A DNA stretch of 64,000 nt. Source: Octopus sinensis (lineage: Eukaryota). Position 1 is the first letter of the stretch. Each line of letters begins with the position of its first letter. The notes below the pieces were generated by a model that was given only the letters and a program-made list of their open reading frames with translations, ran no database searches and was not told the origin of the DNA. The translations under genes and the position numbers were made by a program. Shown one piece after another: positions 37,744 to 51,739 of this stretch. The stretch is from positions 11,718,001 through 11,782,000 of the forward strand of contig NC_043004.1 in the NCBI RefSeq assembly GCF_006345805.1, in the 5' to 3' direction.

Positions 37744-38515
37744 CATGATATATATATATATTAGATATATTACATACATACATGCATGTATGTACATATA
37801 TATACGTATGTTATTTATATATATATATGTATATAGACACGTATATATATGGACATATATTGTTCTCTCTCACTATATATATATGTATATATATATATAT
37901 ATATGTATACATGATATATATATATATTAACTTAGAATAACTTAGATATATTAGATATATTACATACATACATGCATGTATGTACATATACACACATATG
38001 TTACTTATATATATATATATATGTGTATACCTATATATATATGACATATATATATATATGACATATATATATATAATATATATATTGAATATCATCTATG
38101 TATAAGTACTGTAATAAATATTGGCAAAAGTTAGTGACACGAAAAATAATTAATTTAAAGGACTTATGTAAATTAGCAGAATATTTTTTGAAATTGTATA
38201 ATTCAGCCAGGAAGGAAAACAAAAATATTTGAATATTTTTTTTCTTTTTTTTTTTGTTTTTGTTTTGTGGCATTGTTTGTTTTTTTTGCACGATTTATGC
38301 TGGCCATTTTGAATTGTCTTCTAGATGGCTTGAATGCAACAATTGAGAGTGAATAATTATTCACGGGCCAAGTGAAGATTACCAGTATCTTTTCAAAGTT
38401 ATTTATCTAAAATATAGCGAATTAACGCCATTGTATATATTCTAGGCATTAATAAACATGGTCTAGGCCGGATGGCATTTAGTATATGCAGGTATCTATC
38501 TATCTATTTATATCA

Positions 38516-38569
<54 letters not shown>

Positions 38570-38659
38570 ATGTCTGTCTGCCTGACTGTCTGTCTATCTA
38601 ACTATCTGGAGAGAGAGAGGGAGAGAGAGAGAGAGAGAGACATACATACTCTTTACTCT

Positions 38660-39058
38660 TTTACTTGTTTCAGTCATTTGAATGTGGCCATGCTGGAGCA
38701 CCGCCTTTAGTCAAGCAAATCGACCCCAGGACTTATTCTTTGTAAGCCTAGTACTTATTCTATCGGTCTTTTTTGCCGAACCGCTAGGTTACGGGGATCT
38801 AAACACATCAGCATCTGTTGTCAAACGATGTTGGGGGGACAAACACAGACACACAAACGTATACACACACATACATATATATATACAGATATACGTAGGG
38901 CTTCTTTCAGTTTCCTTCTACCAAATCCACTCACATGGCTTTGGTCGGCCCGAGGTTATAGTAGAAGAGTCTTGCCCAAGGTGCCACACAGTGGGGTTGA
39001 ATCCGGAACCATGTGGTTCGTAAGCAAGTTACATACTACACAGCCACTCCTACGCCAT
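38660..39058 (-). mobile_element. SINE family A, full-length
   Basis: Head, GGCACCTTGGGCAAG box, short internal repeat and tail all present. Confidence 0.9.
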
Positions 39059-39520
39059 ACTTAAATATACATAAAAATACTATGTGTATGTGAGTATTTT
39101 TGTATGTGTGTATGTATGTATATATGCCACAGAAACCTTCCAAAACTAAACATCAATATATATGTATGGGTTTTATCTATGTATGTGTGTTTATATATGT
39201 ATATAAGTATGTGTGCGTGTGTGTGTTTGCGTCTGTGCGTAAATATATACATATATGTTTGTGCGAGTGGGTCTCTGTGTTTGTATGTGTACGAATGAAT
39301 AAACAAGCGCAATGCAATAATACTCAATGTATTTGGTTTGGCTTTTACATATATAGAAAGCTTTTAACTCAGCTCCCCAGGCGCGTCGGTCAGTTGCCAT
39401 TTCAACTTCCTCTCAACATATGTTGATGTGGACAGCTTTAACGCATCCACGAAACTTTACATCACGCTGTGCTGACTCAAACTGTGAGTATGTATGTGTA
39501 TGTGCGTGTTTGAATGTGTG

Positions 39521-39593
<73 letters not shown>

Positions 39594-39614
39594 TATATAT
39601 ATTCTTTTATTCTT

Positions 39615-39853
39615 TTAATTGTTTCTGTCATTTAACTGCAGCCATGCTGGAGCAAATTGACCCCGGGACTTATTTTTCGAAAGCCTTGTACTTATACTAT
39701 TGCTCACTTTTACTGCTAAGTTACCGCTAAGTTACGAGGACGTAAACACACCAGCATCGGTTGTCAAGCGATGGTGGGGGTGAACAAACGCATACACAAA
39801 CATATACATACATACATACATAAATATATACACACGCAAACAGATATAAATAA

Positions 39854-39890
<37 letters not shown>

Positions 39891-40030
39891 ACGGACTTCT
39901 TTCAGTTTCCGTCTACCAAATCCACTCACAAGGATTTGTCGGCCCGAGGCTAAAGAAGAAACTTGCCCAATGTGCCACGCAGTGGGACTGAACCAGGAAC
40001 CATGTGGTTGGTAAGCAAGCTACTTACCAC
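39615..40030 (-). mobile_element. SINE family A, near full-length, internal (TA)n
   Basis: Same modules as the other copies; an extra tail fragment lies at about 40060-40095. Confidence 0.85.
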
Positions 40031-40469
40031 ATAGACACATATATTCTCTTAATTCGTTTTTGTCATTTGACTGTGGCCATGCTGGAGCGTCACCTTAAGC
40101 GATTTTAGTATGTATATATATACCTTCGTTTTGGGATCACCAGTATTTTATTATCTCCCCTTCTTTCTACCTCTCCTGTCAAACCTACCTCCACCCCCAC
40201 AGTCGCCATGCTTGATCCCTGAATCCACACGTTTTTGCATTCTGTCTCTGTTTATTTTCACTTATTCCTTTCAGTTGAAGTGCGTAGGCTCAAAGCGTAA
40301 AATACTTTTTTACATTCCCGAGCGTCAAACTAATACACAGGCTTGTTGTTCATCCACCAGTCTTCATCTTTTGTTTTCTGTAAATTTCAACTATATGTGT
40401 GTGTGTGTGTGTGTGTGCGTGAGTCCGTGTGTGTGTGCATGTTCCTCTGTGTATGCGTGTGTATTCTTT

Positions 40470-40802
40470 AGTCTGTGTTTGTCCCCAACCGATGCTGGTC
40501 TGTTTACGTCCCAGTAACCTAGCGGTTCGGTAAAACAGGGTGATAGAATAAGTACTAAGCTTAGAAAGAATAAGTTCTGGGGTCGATTTGTTCGACTCAA
40601 TGCGGTGCCCCAGCATGGCCGCAGTCAAATGACTGAAACAAGTAAAAGAATAAAGGAATAAATATATATATTCGACGGGCTTCTTTCAGCTTCCGTCGAC
40701 CAAATCCACTCACAAGTCTTTGGTCGGCTCGAGGCTATAGTAGAAGACATATGAACAAGGTGCCACGCAATGGGACTGAACCTGGAACTATGTGGTTGGC
40801 AA
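40470..40802. mobile_element. SINE family A tail (+, 40470-40650) abutting a SINE A head (-, 40672-40802)
   Basis: Tail GCGGTGCCCCAGCATGGCCGCAGTCAAATGACTGAAAC; reverse-strand GGCACCTTG and GACGGAAGCTGAAAGAAGCCCGTCG. Confidence 0.85.
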
Positions 40803-40941
40803 GATTTGATATTTCAATAGAGCTTAATGGAAAAACGCGCGTTTTTAGCTATCTTTCACTATGTAGAATGCAAAACCGTTTCCTAATACACACGCATATA
40901 TGTGCGTATATGCGTGTTATGTCTGTGTGTATATACATGTG

Positions 40942-40982
<41 letters not shown>

Positions 40983-41452
40983 TGTGTGTGTGGTGTGTGT
41001 GTGTGTGTGTGAAATCTGCAATGAACTTACTCCATAAAGGAATTGCCAAATATAAAGGATTTGGATAGAATGTAGCTTGTAGATAGTTGAAATTTATGTT
41101 AAATTCAACAGAAATTTTGTCTCACGGAATATAATGGATTTTCGAAAGAGAATATTGATGCTATCTGAGGAAAATATTATACAGCATCGATATATTTCAA
41201 CAGTCAACGAGATACGAAATAATCAATTCAAATAAAAATATCCAATAGGAAGAAATCTGCACTTAAAATTCGGACGTTATGAGATATATTATAAAATATA
41301 AAATATATACATAAATAAATAGCTATATAAATAGATAGATCGATAGCTAATAGAAGAGGCCCATTGTAATATAGTTATCATAAACGTGTATGTTAATATG
41401 TATGTGTGTTAATATGGATGTATGTACAATAACTGTTTATGATCATCATCAA

Positions 41453-41486
<34 letters not shown>

Positions 41487-41519
41487 GTTATTATTATTAA
41501 TATTATTATTATCATTATT

Positions 41520-42059
41520 GAGTGAGAGAGCAGTGCATGCCATTTTACTGGGGTAAAATATACGAAGCCCTGTATACCCATCATCACTACTCGTCTGATA
41601 AGGGTACACTACGCACATGCATCACAACCATATGTGCGCGACATGGTGATTTCATATCAAGATAAACAGTACATGACCTTGCAGGTGGGGCCCAGTTAGA
41701 ATTTTCTCGTCGTCGAGTAGCCCATCCCGCTCAAAAGGTCCCGGAATAAGTATTGTTTAAGGATGTTGAACGATCCACCCATGTTTCCAAAGGTGAATTA
41801 TTCAAACCCCAAAGAATTCCTTTCAACACATGGCTATGATGCTCCCCCACTACTTCTGCTCGTGATCAGAGATGCACATATCGTCAGCCACTAAGGCACA
41901 TGCTCAACTGGTTATGGTCAAACAACTGACAAGCAAATCTGTGGTATTGAGCAGAATATTTGCTGTAGCCCATCTTTTATACCAAGACAAAACAGTGTAC
42001 ATGATAACACTTAAGATCAGAAGCCATGAGAGCCACTGCCTGGTACTGAATCAGGGCAT
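41520..42059 (-). mobile_element. About 540-nt non-coding repeat flanked by (TAA)n on both sides, copy 1
   Basis: Reverse complement aligns along its length with 49999-50529; ATT arrays lie on both sides. Confidence 0.85.
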
Positions 42060-42071
42060 TTATTATTATTA

Positions 42072-42420
42072 TACCAAGATGCTGGAAAGGGATTATGATG
42101 GGACTAATTTTTTCTATCGAATCTTGGAATGTTCGAGAAAGGGTTATAAATCATTTGCATAGATCTAATAACGGCTTAGCAGGACTGCACGATGCTTTGC
42201 AATATTCTTTATCATGTCAACACCCCTCTATTTGGAAATTGATTCAGACACTGAAAAGGGAGGAGGTTATTGCCTTCAAGAAAGAATGGGATTAAGAAGA
42301 ATTCTAGCACGGCAAATAAATAAAACTGCAGATAAGAGAACCACGGTGATATTAGATAAGTATACTCCTGAAAACAAGATGAATTTCTTGAACGGACTAA
42401 ATCACAACATTTGCTATTTC
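42072..42420 (+). pseudogene. MULE/Mutator-like transposase C-terminal remnant
   Basis: ORF 42095-42295 FSIESWNVRERVINHLHRSNNGLAGLHDALQYSLSCQHPSIWKLIQTLKREE resembles the MULE WN...RTNN..EGWH......HP.IW motif. Confidence 0.75.
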
Positions 42421-42524
42421 AAACCGATAGGTAACAAGTACAGTTGTCACTAAAATGATGGAGGGTGCTAATAAGCACCAACATTGCTAGAAATAAGAGG
42501 CAAAACATATATATATATATATAA

Positions 42525-42675
42525 TTGCCTTCTTTTAGTTTCCGGCTACCAAATCCACTTACAAGGATTTCGGCGAGTCGCGAGTATAGTACACAGCATT
42601 TGCCCAAGATGCCATGCAGTAGGACTGAGGTCAAAACCATGTATTTACGAAGCAAACGCATTACCATACAGCCGT
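42525..42675 (-). mobile_element. SINE family A head
   Basis: GGCATCTTGGGCAAATG box and GGTAGCCGGAAACTAAAAGAAG. Confidence 0.7.
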
Positions 42676-42750
42676 GTATATGTGTGTGTGTGTATGTGTG
42701 CGTGTGTCTACACACATATACACACACACAAACATACATACATATCTATA

Positions 42751-42802
<52 letters not shown>

Positions 42803-42984
42803 TATATACATATGCATACTTATATATATTTATATATATATATATGTATATATATATACATATACATATATATACATATATATATATACATATATATGCA
42901 TATATAATTAGATACCTATATATATATGTGTGTGCGTGAGTGTTGTGTGTGTGTATTATATATACATACACTTTGATACTTTCA

Positions 42985-43560
42985 TAGGTTTCGTCCAGTA
43001 TTGGCCCAGGCCCTTGTCTTTATTTAAGACATTAAAATCAGGAATGGCCCACTCAAATCAGGCATTCAAATCAGGCATGGCCCACTCGAAGAGAGAGTTA
43101 TTGTTATGGAGACATATCCCGGTTTAGAAGGTTTATCTAGGATTTTTTTAATGAATTTTGTCCAAAGTCTTCTTGAAATTTATGGGGTCTGTTTCTGCTT
43201 TAATGTGTTTTGGTGTGATGTTTAAAGCGATCGGGACCAACGGGGGTGAAATAATTGTTGTATTGTTGTTATGTGATACGAGTATGATTTATGTTGTGAG
43301 GGAATGGCACGGGGTCCAAGTCTTGGGTATATCTTAAAGGCGATGCTAACATCATTTGGGCAATGATGATGGAATATTTTCCATACATGTAGATGATGTA
43401 GTGCTCACGACGGCGTTGGTGAGAATAAATCTTGAGCTTTTCTAGTCGACCCTAATAGTCAAGGTTTATCATGACATCTGTCCTTTTTTGTAATTGACAT
43501 TTGAGGTGCTTTAATATTCATGATACTTAGTTTCGTGTAGGGAGACCACAGTGATCAGCA
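42985..43560 (-). mobile_element. Older CR1/L2-group LINE 3' fragment
   Basis: LDY*GRLEKLKIYSHQRRREHYII and ITPKHIKAETDPINFKKTLDK...NNNSLFEWA parallel the C-terminus of the 25.6-kb LINE. Confidence 0.65.
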
Positions 43561-43733
43561 GTATTCAAGGTGGAGACGGACAAAAGTAGAGAAGAGAAGG
43601 ATAATAGTGTGGATATCTCTCAACCGGAAACTTCTGAGAGTCCATATGCATTCAGATATAAACGTTTATACGTATATATCAATAGAAAGTTAGGTGTACA
43701 CACGCACATATAGCTAGATATATATATATAGAT

Positions 43734-43804
<71 letters not shown>

Positions 43805-44471
43805 CAAGCGTACTACGTATGTTTGCCTGTATTGTGTATATTTACATATATAACTTATTATTGTAGAAATGCATATGCGTAGATTCGAATGAAAATATAA
43901 AGTGATAATTTTGAAACTATGTATGTAGAATAGACTTTATATTATGTTTTTTTTAAAAAAAACTATAATTCAAATCGTAATCTTAATTTATTTCCCAAAC
44001 GCAACATTCAAGTATTTCTATTTTCTCTACATCCATTTCTATTTCCTTTTTTTTTACCTTTTCTACTTTTGTTATCGTTAAGCTTGCTATATCACTATTA
44101 TTATTATTGCATCTCTGGAACAAAATTTTCCGGGAAATTTTTCTTTCTTTATTCATTTATCTCTCCAACTCTTAACACTTAAAGAAAAAATATGCAAGCC
44201 TCCAACACCCTCCGAAAACTACACACACACACTACACATACGCGGAAGCATGTTCAGGAATACTCACGGCTACAAACCCGTTCGTCCATAGATATGCAAG
44301 GAGAAACAAACTCTCGTACACACATGCACATTCATATCTTTTTATCTGTTTGTCTGACTATCTGTCTGTCTGATTCTCTGTCTGTCTGTCTGGCTGTTTG
44401 TCTCCCTGTTTTTCGATCTATCTATGTCTACTCCTTTATATGCCTCTTTCTCTCTTTCTATACTCATACAA

Positions 44472-44532
<61 letters not shown>

Positions 44533-44554
44533 TTTATATATATATTGGTTTATA

Positions 44555-44725
44555 GGCGTAGGTGTGGGTATGTGGTAAGTAGCTTGTTTAGGAACTACAT
44601 GGTTCCTGGTTCAGCCCACTGCGTGGCACCTTGGGCAAGTGTCTTCTACTTTAGCTTCGGGCCGACCAAAGCCTTGTGAGTGGAGTTGGTAGACGGAAAC
44701 TTAAAGAAGCCCGTCGTATTTTTTC

Positions 44726-44772
<47 letters not shown>

Positions 44773-45008
44773 TGTATGTATGTATGTATGTATGTATGTA
44801 TGTATGTATGTGTGTCTGTGTTTTCCCCCCACCATCGCTTGACAACCGATGCTGGTGTGTTTACGTCCCCGTAACCTAGCGGTTCGGCAAAACAGAGCGA
44901 TAGAATAAGTACTAGGCTTAAAAAAGAATATGTTCTGGGGTCGATTTGCTCGACTAAAGGCGGTGTTCCAGCATGGCCACTGTCACATGACTGAAACAAT
45001 TAAAAGAG
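44555..45008 (+). mobile_element. SINE family A, full-length, internal (TA)n(TATG)n
   Basis: Head, GGCACCTTGGGCAAGTGTCTTCTAC, microsatellite, tail GGCGGTGTTCCAGCATGGCCACTGTCACATGACTGAAAC. Confidence 0.9.
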
Positions 45009-45139
45009 AATATATATATATATGCACGCACACACACACGTATATATAATTAGACAGCAGTAAAATAATCATCATGATGATAACGTTGATGATAATAATG
45101 ATATAGTTGATGATACTGATGATAATAACAATAATAATG

Positions 45140-45426
45140 ATTTCAAATTTTGGCAGAAGGCCGGCAATTTCAAGGGTGGGGTAAGTTGATCACGTAGACC
45201 CAAGTATTCAACTGGTATTAATTTTATCGACCCCGAAGGGATGACCTCGACGGAATTTGAACTCATAATGTGGAGACAGACGAAATATCGCTAAGCATTT
45301 CGCCTGGCATTTTAACGATTCTACCAACTCGCCGTCTTAGTAATAATGATAATAATAATAATAATAATAATCATAATAATAATAATAATAATAATTATTA
45401 TTATTATTATTATTATTATTGTTATG

Positions 45427-45477
<51 letters not shown>

Positions 45478-45715
45478 TTATCATTAATTTTATAACCCTT
45501 TCTACTATAGGCATAAGGCCTGAAATTTTGGGGGCGGCGGCCAGTTTATTTGATCGACTCTAGTATTAAACTGGTACTTATTTTATCAACCCCGAAGGGA
45601 TGAAAGGCTAAGTCGACCTTAACGGAATTTGATTTCAGAACGTGGAGGCGGACAAAATACCGCTAAGCATTTCGCCTGGCATGCTTAACGATTCTGCCAG
45701 CTCGGCTCACCGCCT
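45140..45715 (-). mobile_element. Two SINE family B monomers (45140-45336, 45508-45715) separated by an (AAT)n/(ATT)n array
   Basis: Each has the GCGAG.TGG.AGAATCG head, a B-box-like GAGTTCAAATTCC or close variant, and the central motif. Confidence 0.85.
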
Positions 45716-45756
45716 TCATAATAATAATAATAATAATAATGATAATAACAATAACA

Positions 45757-45796
<40 letters not shown>

Positions 45797-46206
45797 CAAT
45801 AACAACAACAACAACAAGAACCGCAGCAACAACAATTGTAGTATCTGCAAAACTGTAACATAGGAACACGCCATTGTACACTTTACACAACAAAGGAAAG
45901 TGTATTTGTGTAATATGCGGGGGTTTTTTTTCCTATTTCTGATGATAAAATATCCAAGTTTTCTTCATCTAAAACCCCATACATCAGCAGAATGTTTTTC
46001 TTTCCAATATTTTTTTAATTCATTTATTCTTTTTATTTACTTATTTATTCATTTCTTCATTGTGGGTAGTCTAAAACCATACTATTTACTAGTTTTTTTT
46101 TTTGGTTTTTTTCAGATAGTTTTCTTTAGCGAGTACTTACGTCGAAAATATGAAAATAGTTTAATATTACATTTCAAATCATTCGTCCATATTTTCATTC
46201 GCTCGT

Positions 46207-46249
<43 letters not shown>

Positions 46250-46635
46250 ACTCATTACATACACATACACATATATAAATACATGCATTTATATACACAT
46301 ACAATTAAGTACATATGTGTGTATTCCTACATTTGCATACTTACATATGTATATGTATAAGAATGTGTATGTATGACGAGAGAAACAGAGATATACTGGC
46401 GAGTGTATATATACATATATCATGTTAAATATATATGTGTGTGTGTATGTGTGTATACACGCACGCATACACATACACTCACACATGCACTCACACATAC
46501 TCACAGTCATACGTATGCACGCGCTTGGGTGTGTGTTCTATGTGAGTGTGTTTGTGTGAACTCAAGAGACATTCTCGGAAAAGCGATGCATACAAGTAGA
46601 TTGCCATTGATAGATAAACGGATAGACAGACAGAC

Positions 46636-46738
<103 letters not shown>

Positions 46739-46826
46739 TAGATAGATAACTGTCTTTATTGGCCACAGGGCTGAACACAGAGATAGATAGATAAATAAAT
46801 AGATAGACAGACAGATAGACAGATTA

Positions 46827-46911
<85 letters not shown>

Positions 46912-47295
46912 GGCATATATGAAAGAAAATATATAAATTCATAGCTTAAAAAATTTGAAATGATAGATAATCACATCAAGTAACAAGCAATTCACTAAGC
47001 AGACGATAACTTTGCTGTTAAAGCTGTGCAAACATTAAATCCACATTTTAAATAAAACCCTGCCTTCTCTCCTCAAAAAGAAAAAGAAATAAAAATCGAA
47101 AGAAGAATTAAAAGCATTCATATTAAATGAAAGTCATTTAATATTTTGAAACTTTTACTGAAATTTATGAAAAACATGTTTTCACTTAAGCACTTCTTTA
47201 TTTTCTTTTGTAGAGTAGATTAATCGATATGATGAACCCGAATGCTTTTCTGGTATGTGAAATAAGAGATGATTTAATATTTCTCTCTTCGTCAG

Positions 47296-47632
47296 ATATC
47301 GGTTTCAAATTTTGGCGCAAGAGCAGTAATTTTGTGGTACGGTTTAGTCGATTACATCGACGCCAGTGCGCAACTGGTACTTATTTTATCGACTCTGAAA
47401 GGATGAACGGCTAAGTCGACATCAGTGGATTTTGATCTCGGAGCGAAAAGCGGGACGAAATACCTATTTCTTTACTACACACAAGGGGCTAAAAACAGAG
47501 GGGACAAACAAGGACAGACAAACGGATAAAGTTGATTATATCGACCCCAGTGCGTAACTGCTAATTATTTATCGACCCCGAAAGGATGAAAGGCAAAGTC
47601 GACCTCGGCGGAATTTGAACTTAGAACGTAGT
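47296..47632 (-). mobile_element. SINE family B dimer, head-truncated
   Basis: Two central motifs in tandem, as at 1-285. Confidence 0.85.
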
Positions 47633-47689
47633 GTTAAGCTGAAAATTGAATCAATATTTCTCTCTATAAGAAACTAACAGAGAAAGGAG

Positions 47690-47733
<44 letters not shown>

Positions 47734-48217
47734 GGGGGTAGATAGAGAGATAGTTAGATAGTTATCTAACTTTCTTTATTGGCCACACAGGGCTGAACAC
47801 AGAGGGGACAAATACAAATGTAAACTTTTTCTTCTCGAAAATGAAAAAAAAATTAAAATTCAGATAAAAAAGGATTGGGAAGAAAAAAAGGGAGGCGACC
47901 AAAAGGGATCGTGTATCACATAAGAATTTTTTAAATGTAAGAAACAAGATTAAGTTTATCCGTGGAAAGAAAAGCATACGGAAAAGACCACGGTAACCTC
48001 AGGCAAAGAGGGAATAAACACATGAGAGTAAAGTGCTCTCTCTCTCTTCGATTTACAGAATCATGCTCAAAGTGGTTTCGTCACTCGCACGCACCATCTT
48101 TGCTACATTCACCCACCTTTTTTAGAAACTTTCACGAGCAGAACCTAGGCAGGCAGATAGACAGCAAGGCAATCAATCAGACAGACATGTAGATAGTCAG
48201 CTAGCTAGCTAGATAGC

Positions 48218-48312
<95 letters not shown>

Positions 48313-48479
48313 CTATAGAGGTATATAAACAGGCAGGCAGGCAGTTAATCAGACAGACAGACACATAAATACATACATACGTACATACATACATACATAC
48401 ATATACATACGTACATAGAGAGATAGAAGGGAAAAAGAGAGGAGCTATTCAGTGTCGTGAAATTGTTCAACTTTGCACC

Positions 48480-48790
48480 GTATTACTAGATGTATCCCAA
48501 ATATCGTCCACCTCTTCACGTGATGCGAGTATGAGAATGTCATCCGTGTATCTGGAGAAGAAAGCGCATTAGTTGATGCTCCGCGCTAAGCATCCCAGTT
48601 ACCTCATACAAACCATGCAAAAAGGTATTGTGGTGGCCACTGAAGATGAAGTCAGGGAGAACAGGAATGAGAGTGTAGAGTTTATATTTTGTCCGTATTC
48701 AATGAAGACAAGTGTGACAATGACCTTCTCCGACCTACCGGGACGATTGATATTTAGGTTTAAAATCTCATATTGCTGTCAAATGGTAAA
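48480..48790 (-). pseudogene. Possible RT remnant (Penelope/Poseidon-like)
   Basis: Minus translation FFSRYTDDILILASREEVDDIW resembles an RYVDDI active-site segment; little other support. Confidence 0.3.
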
Positions 48791-49528
48791 AACGTTCGTG
48801 GAAAGATAATTCCAGTAGATTGATATTCCACGGGATAAATATTTTCTAGAATGGTTATTACGGGATTTCGAATATAATTTTAATATGACTAATTAAAGCC
48901 AACACTGTGAGTGTGACGGCTGAGCTTTAGTGGACATGATATGTAGCGAACTAGCTAACTGCGAGGGTCAAAAGCTGTTTTAGTGGTCAGACTAGACGAC
49001 TATAAAGACGTCTGTGGTTGGACGCTTTTAGTGTTGTCCCAGTTTCCATCCACATGCTCTATGGTTCAATCCATTGCTGAAGCAACTTAACAGACACGTC
49101 CATTCAGTGGGTCATGACACTGATCGGTTTTGGCTCTTCTTTTCTCGGGGCCGAGAGAAAAGCCCACTGACATCTACTTAATACATGCTCGAATTACTAT
49201 CTCGTATTTCTTTTGTGCTGTCACGAATATTTCCATTCCCGTAGAGTCTTATACTATTATCATACAATAATATATCCATCATTATGACAACGATGACTCT
49301 CCTGAGATCCTTGAATTTAAACTGCTTAAAATTGCTGTTCACATAGTCATAATTTTGTTAATTCTCTAGTAACCATGACAACCGAGACCAGACTTTCGCA
49401 AATCTAACTTAGCAGCCATCTTAAATAAGTTTTTTTCTTATTTATCGCTCTTTCATTGATGACTGTTTAGCATCACGTGTATCGTTCTACCTCACTATAT
49501 TAATCTAGGGATGTAGTTGTCCTTCTCA

Positions 49529-49594
<66 letters not shown>

Positions 49595-49757
49595 CTCTCA
49601 CACTGTCTCTATTTATCTATCAAGTCAAGGAAGCTAGTATTGGGTCTTCTATTTTACCACCTACCACTTCGCTCTATGTCTTTCTTTCTTCCATTCTTTC
49701 TTTCTTTCTTCCATTCTTTCTTTCTTTCTCATTCTCTACGATTGTACATATATAGGC

Positions 49758-49817
<60 letters not shown>

Positions 49818-49851
49818 GTGTATATATATATATCTATATATATATATTCGC

Positions 49852-49885
<34 letters not shown>

Positions 49886-49998
49886 TAATAAATAATAAGA
49901 ATAATATAATAATAATAATAATAACAATAACAATAATAATAACAACAACAACAACAACAACAACAACAATAATAATAAAAAAAATAATAATAATAATA

Positions 49999-50529
49999 GG
50001 CTCTGATGGCTTCTGATCTTAACTGATTGGAAGTGTTATCATGTACATTGTTTTGTCTTGGTATAAAAGATGGGCTACAGCAAACATTCTGCTCAATACT
50101 ACAGATTTGCTTGTCAGTTGTTTGACTTTAACCAGTTGAGCATGTCCTTTAGTGGCTGACGGTATGTGCATCTCTGATCACGAGCAGAAGTAGTGGGGGA
50201 GCATCATAGCCATATGTTGAAAGGGATTCTTTGGGGTTTGAATAATTCACCTCTAGAAACATGGGTGTTTCCTTCACCATCTTTAAACAAACTTTATTCA
50301 GGGACCTTTTGAGCGGGATGGGCTACTCAACCTGAAGAAAATTCTAACTGGGCCCCACCTGCAAGGTCATATGCTGTTTATCTTGATATGAAATCACCAT
50401 GTCGCGCACATATGGTTGTGATGCATGTGCCTGGTGTACCCTTATCAGACGGGTAGTCATGATGGGTATATTGGGCTACGTATATTTTACCCCAGTATCA
50501 CTTTGATGGCATGAACTGCTCTCTCACTC
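49999..50529 (+). mobile_element. (TAA)n-flanked non-coding repeat, copy 2 (about 25 nt shorter at the 5' end)
   Basis: Starts (TAA)n-GGCTCTGATGGCTTCTGATC and ends GCTCTCTCACTC-(AAT)n; inverted relative to copy 1. Confidence 0.85.
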
Positions 50530-50623
<94 letters not shown>

Positions 50624-51186
50624 GTAAGATGTAGCAGCAAAAGTATGAGATCTCGATATTAGAGAAATAGATGATTATTTATATTTGTTATAATTTAGAA
50701 AAAATCAGTGAAAGACTCGGAGTTTCGAATGTCGGAGTGAAGAGCTACGACGCATACCCGTCGGCTACTAATGGCAACAGACGCTATGAGAAAACGTTAA
50801 ATAAAAGGGAAGTAACTCTAATGGATGGAAAAAGAAAAAGGGAAAAGGATAAGAATACACACAACCATATTGTAAAACGCATAAACATAAACCGCCTATG
50901 TTCACAACATCTACATACGTACATACACAAACATGTGCACACACGCATACACAGAGAGAGGGAGAGAGAGAGAGAGAGAGACGTATATGTATGTAAGTAC
51001 TCATACATGCACATTTATCCACACACACGCACAAATGTATATATATATATATGTATGTATGTATATATGTACACAAACTCATCCTCATATACTCATAGTT
51101 GCTTCATGTGTATGCATATATATACATACATATATACATATGTATATAGAAGCTTGTGTGTATACATATATATACATACATATGTT

Positions 51187-51222
<36 letters not shown>

Positions 51223-51362
51223 TATATATATATAGTTTAAACTCGGTCATCATCCATCATTCTACGCGTATATTTGTATGTACACGCATATACACATAAA
51301 TATGTATACACATGTATGTATTATGCATATATGATATATATGTATGTATTTACACACACACA

Positions 51363-51404
<42 letters not shown>

Positions 51405-51674
51405 ATATATATATATATGTATGTATATATATGTATATATATTCATATATGTGTGTGTTACTGGGTGGTATTCGTGCGTGCATATATATTTTTCTAACTA
51501 GCCATCTGACTCTCTCTGTCTGTCCGTCAGCTATCTGTCTGTCTTGTGTAATCTATTGATTTTCTTCATCCCTATTTCTCTTTTCATATTTCCACATTAC
51601 TTTCTTCATATTATTTTTTCCTTCATTCTAATTTTACGATTCTTATAAATTTTGCCTCCTTCTATTTTGTTTTT

Positions 51675-51739
<65 letters not shown>

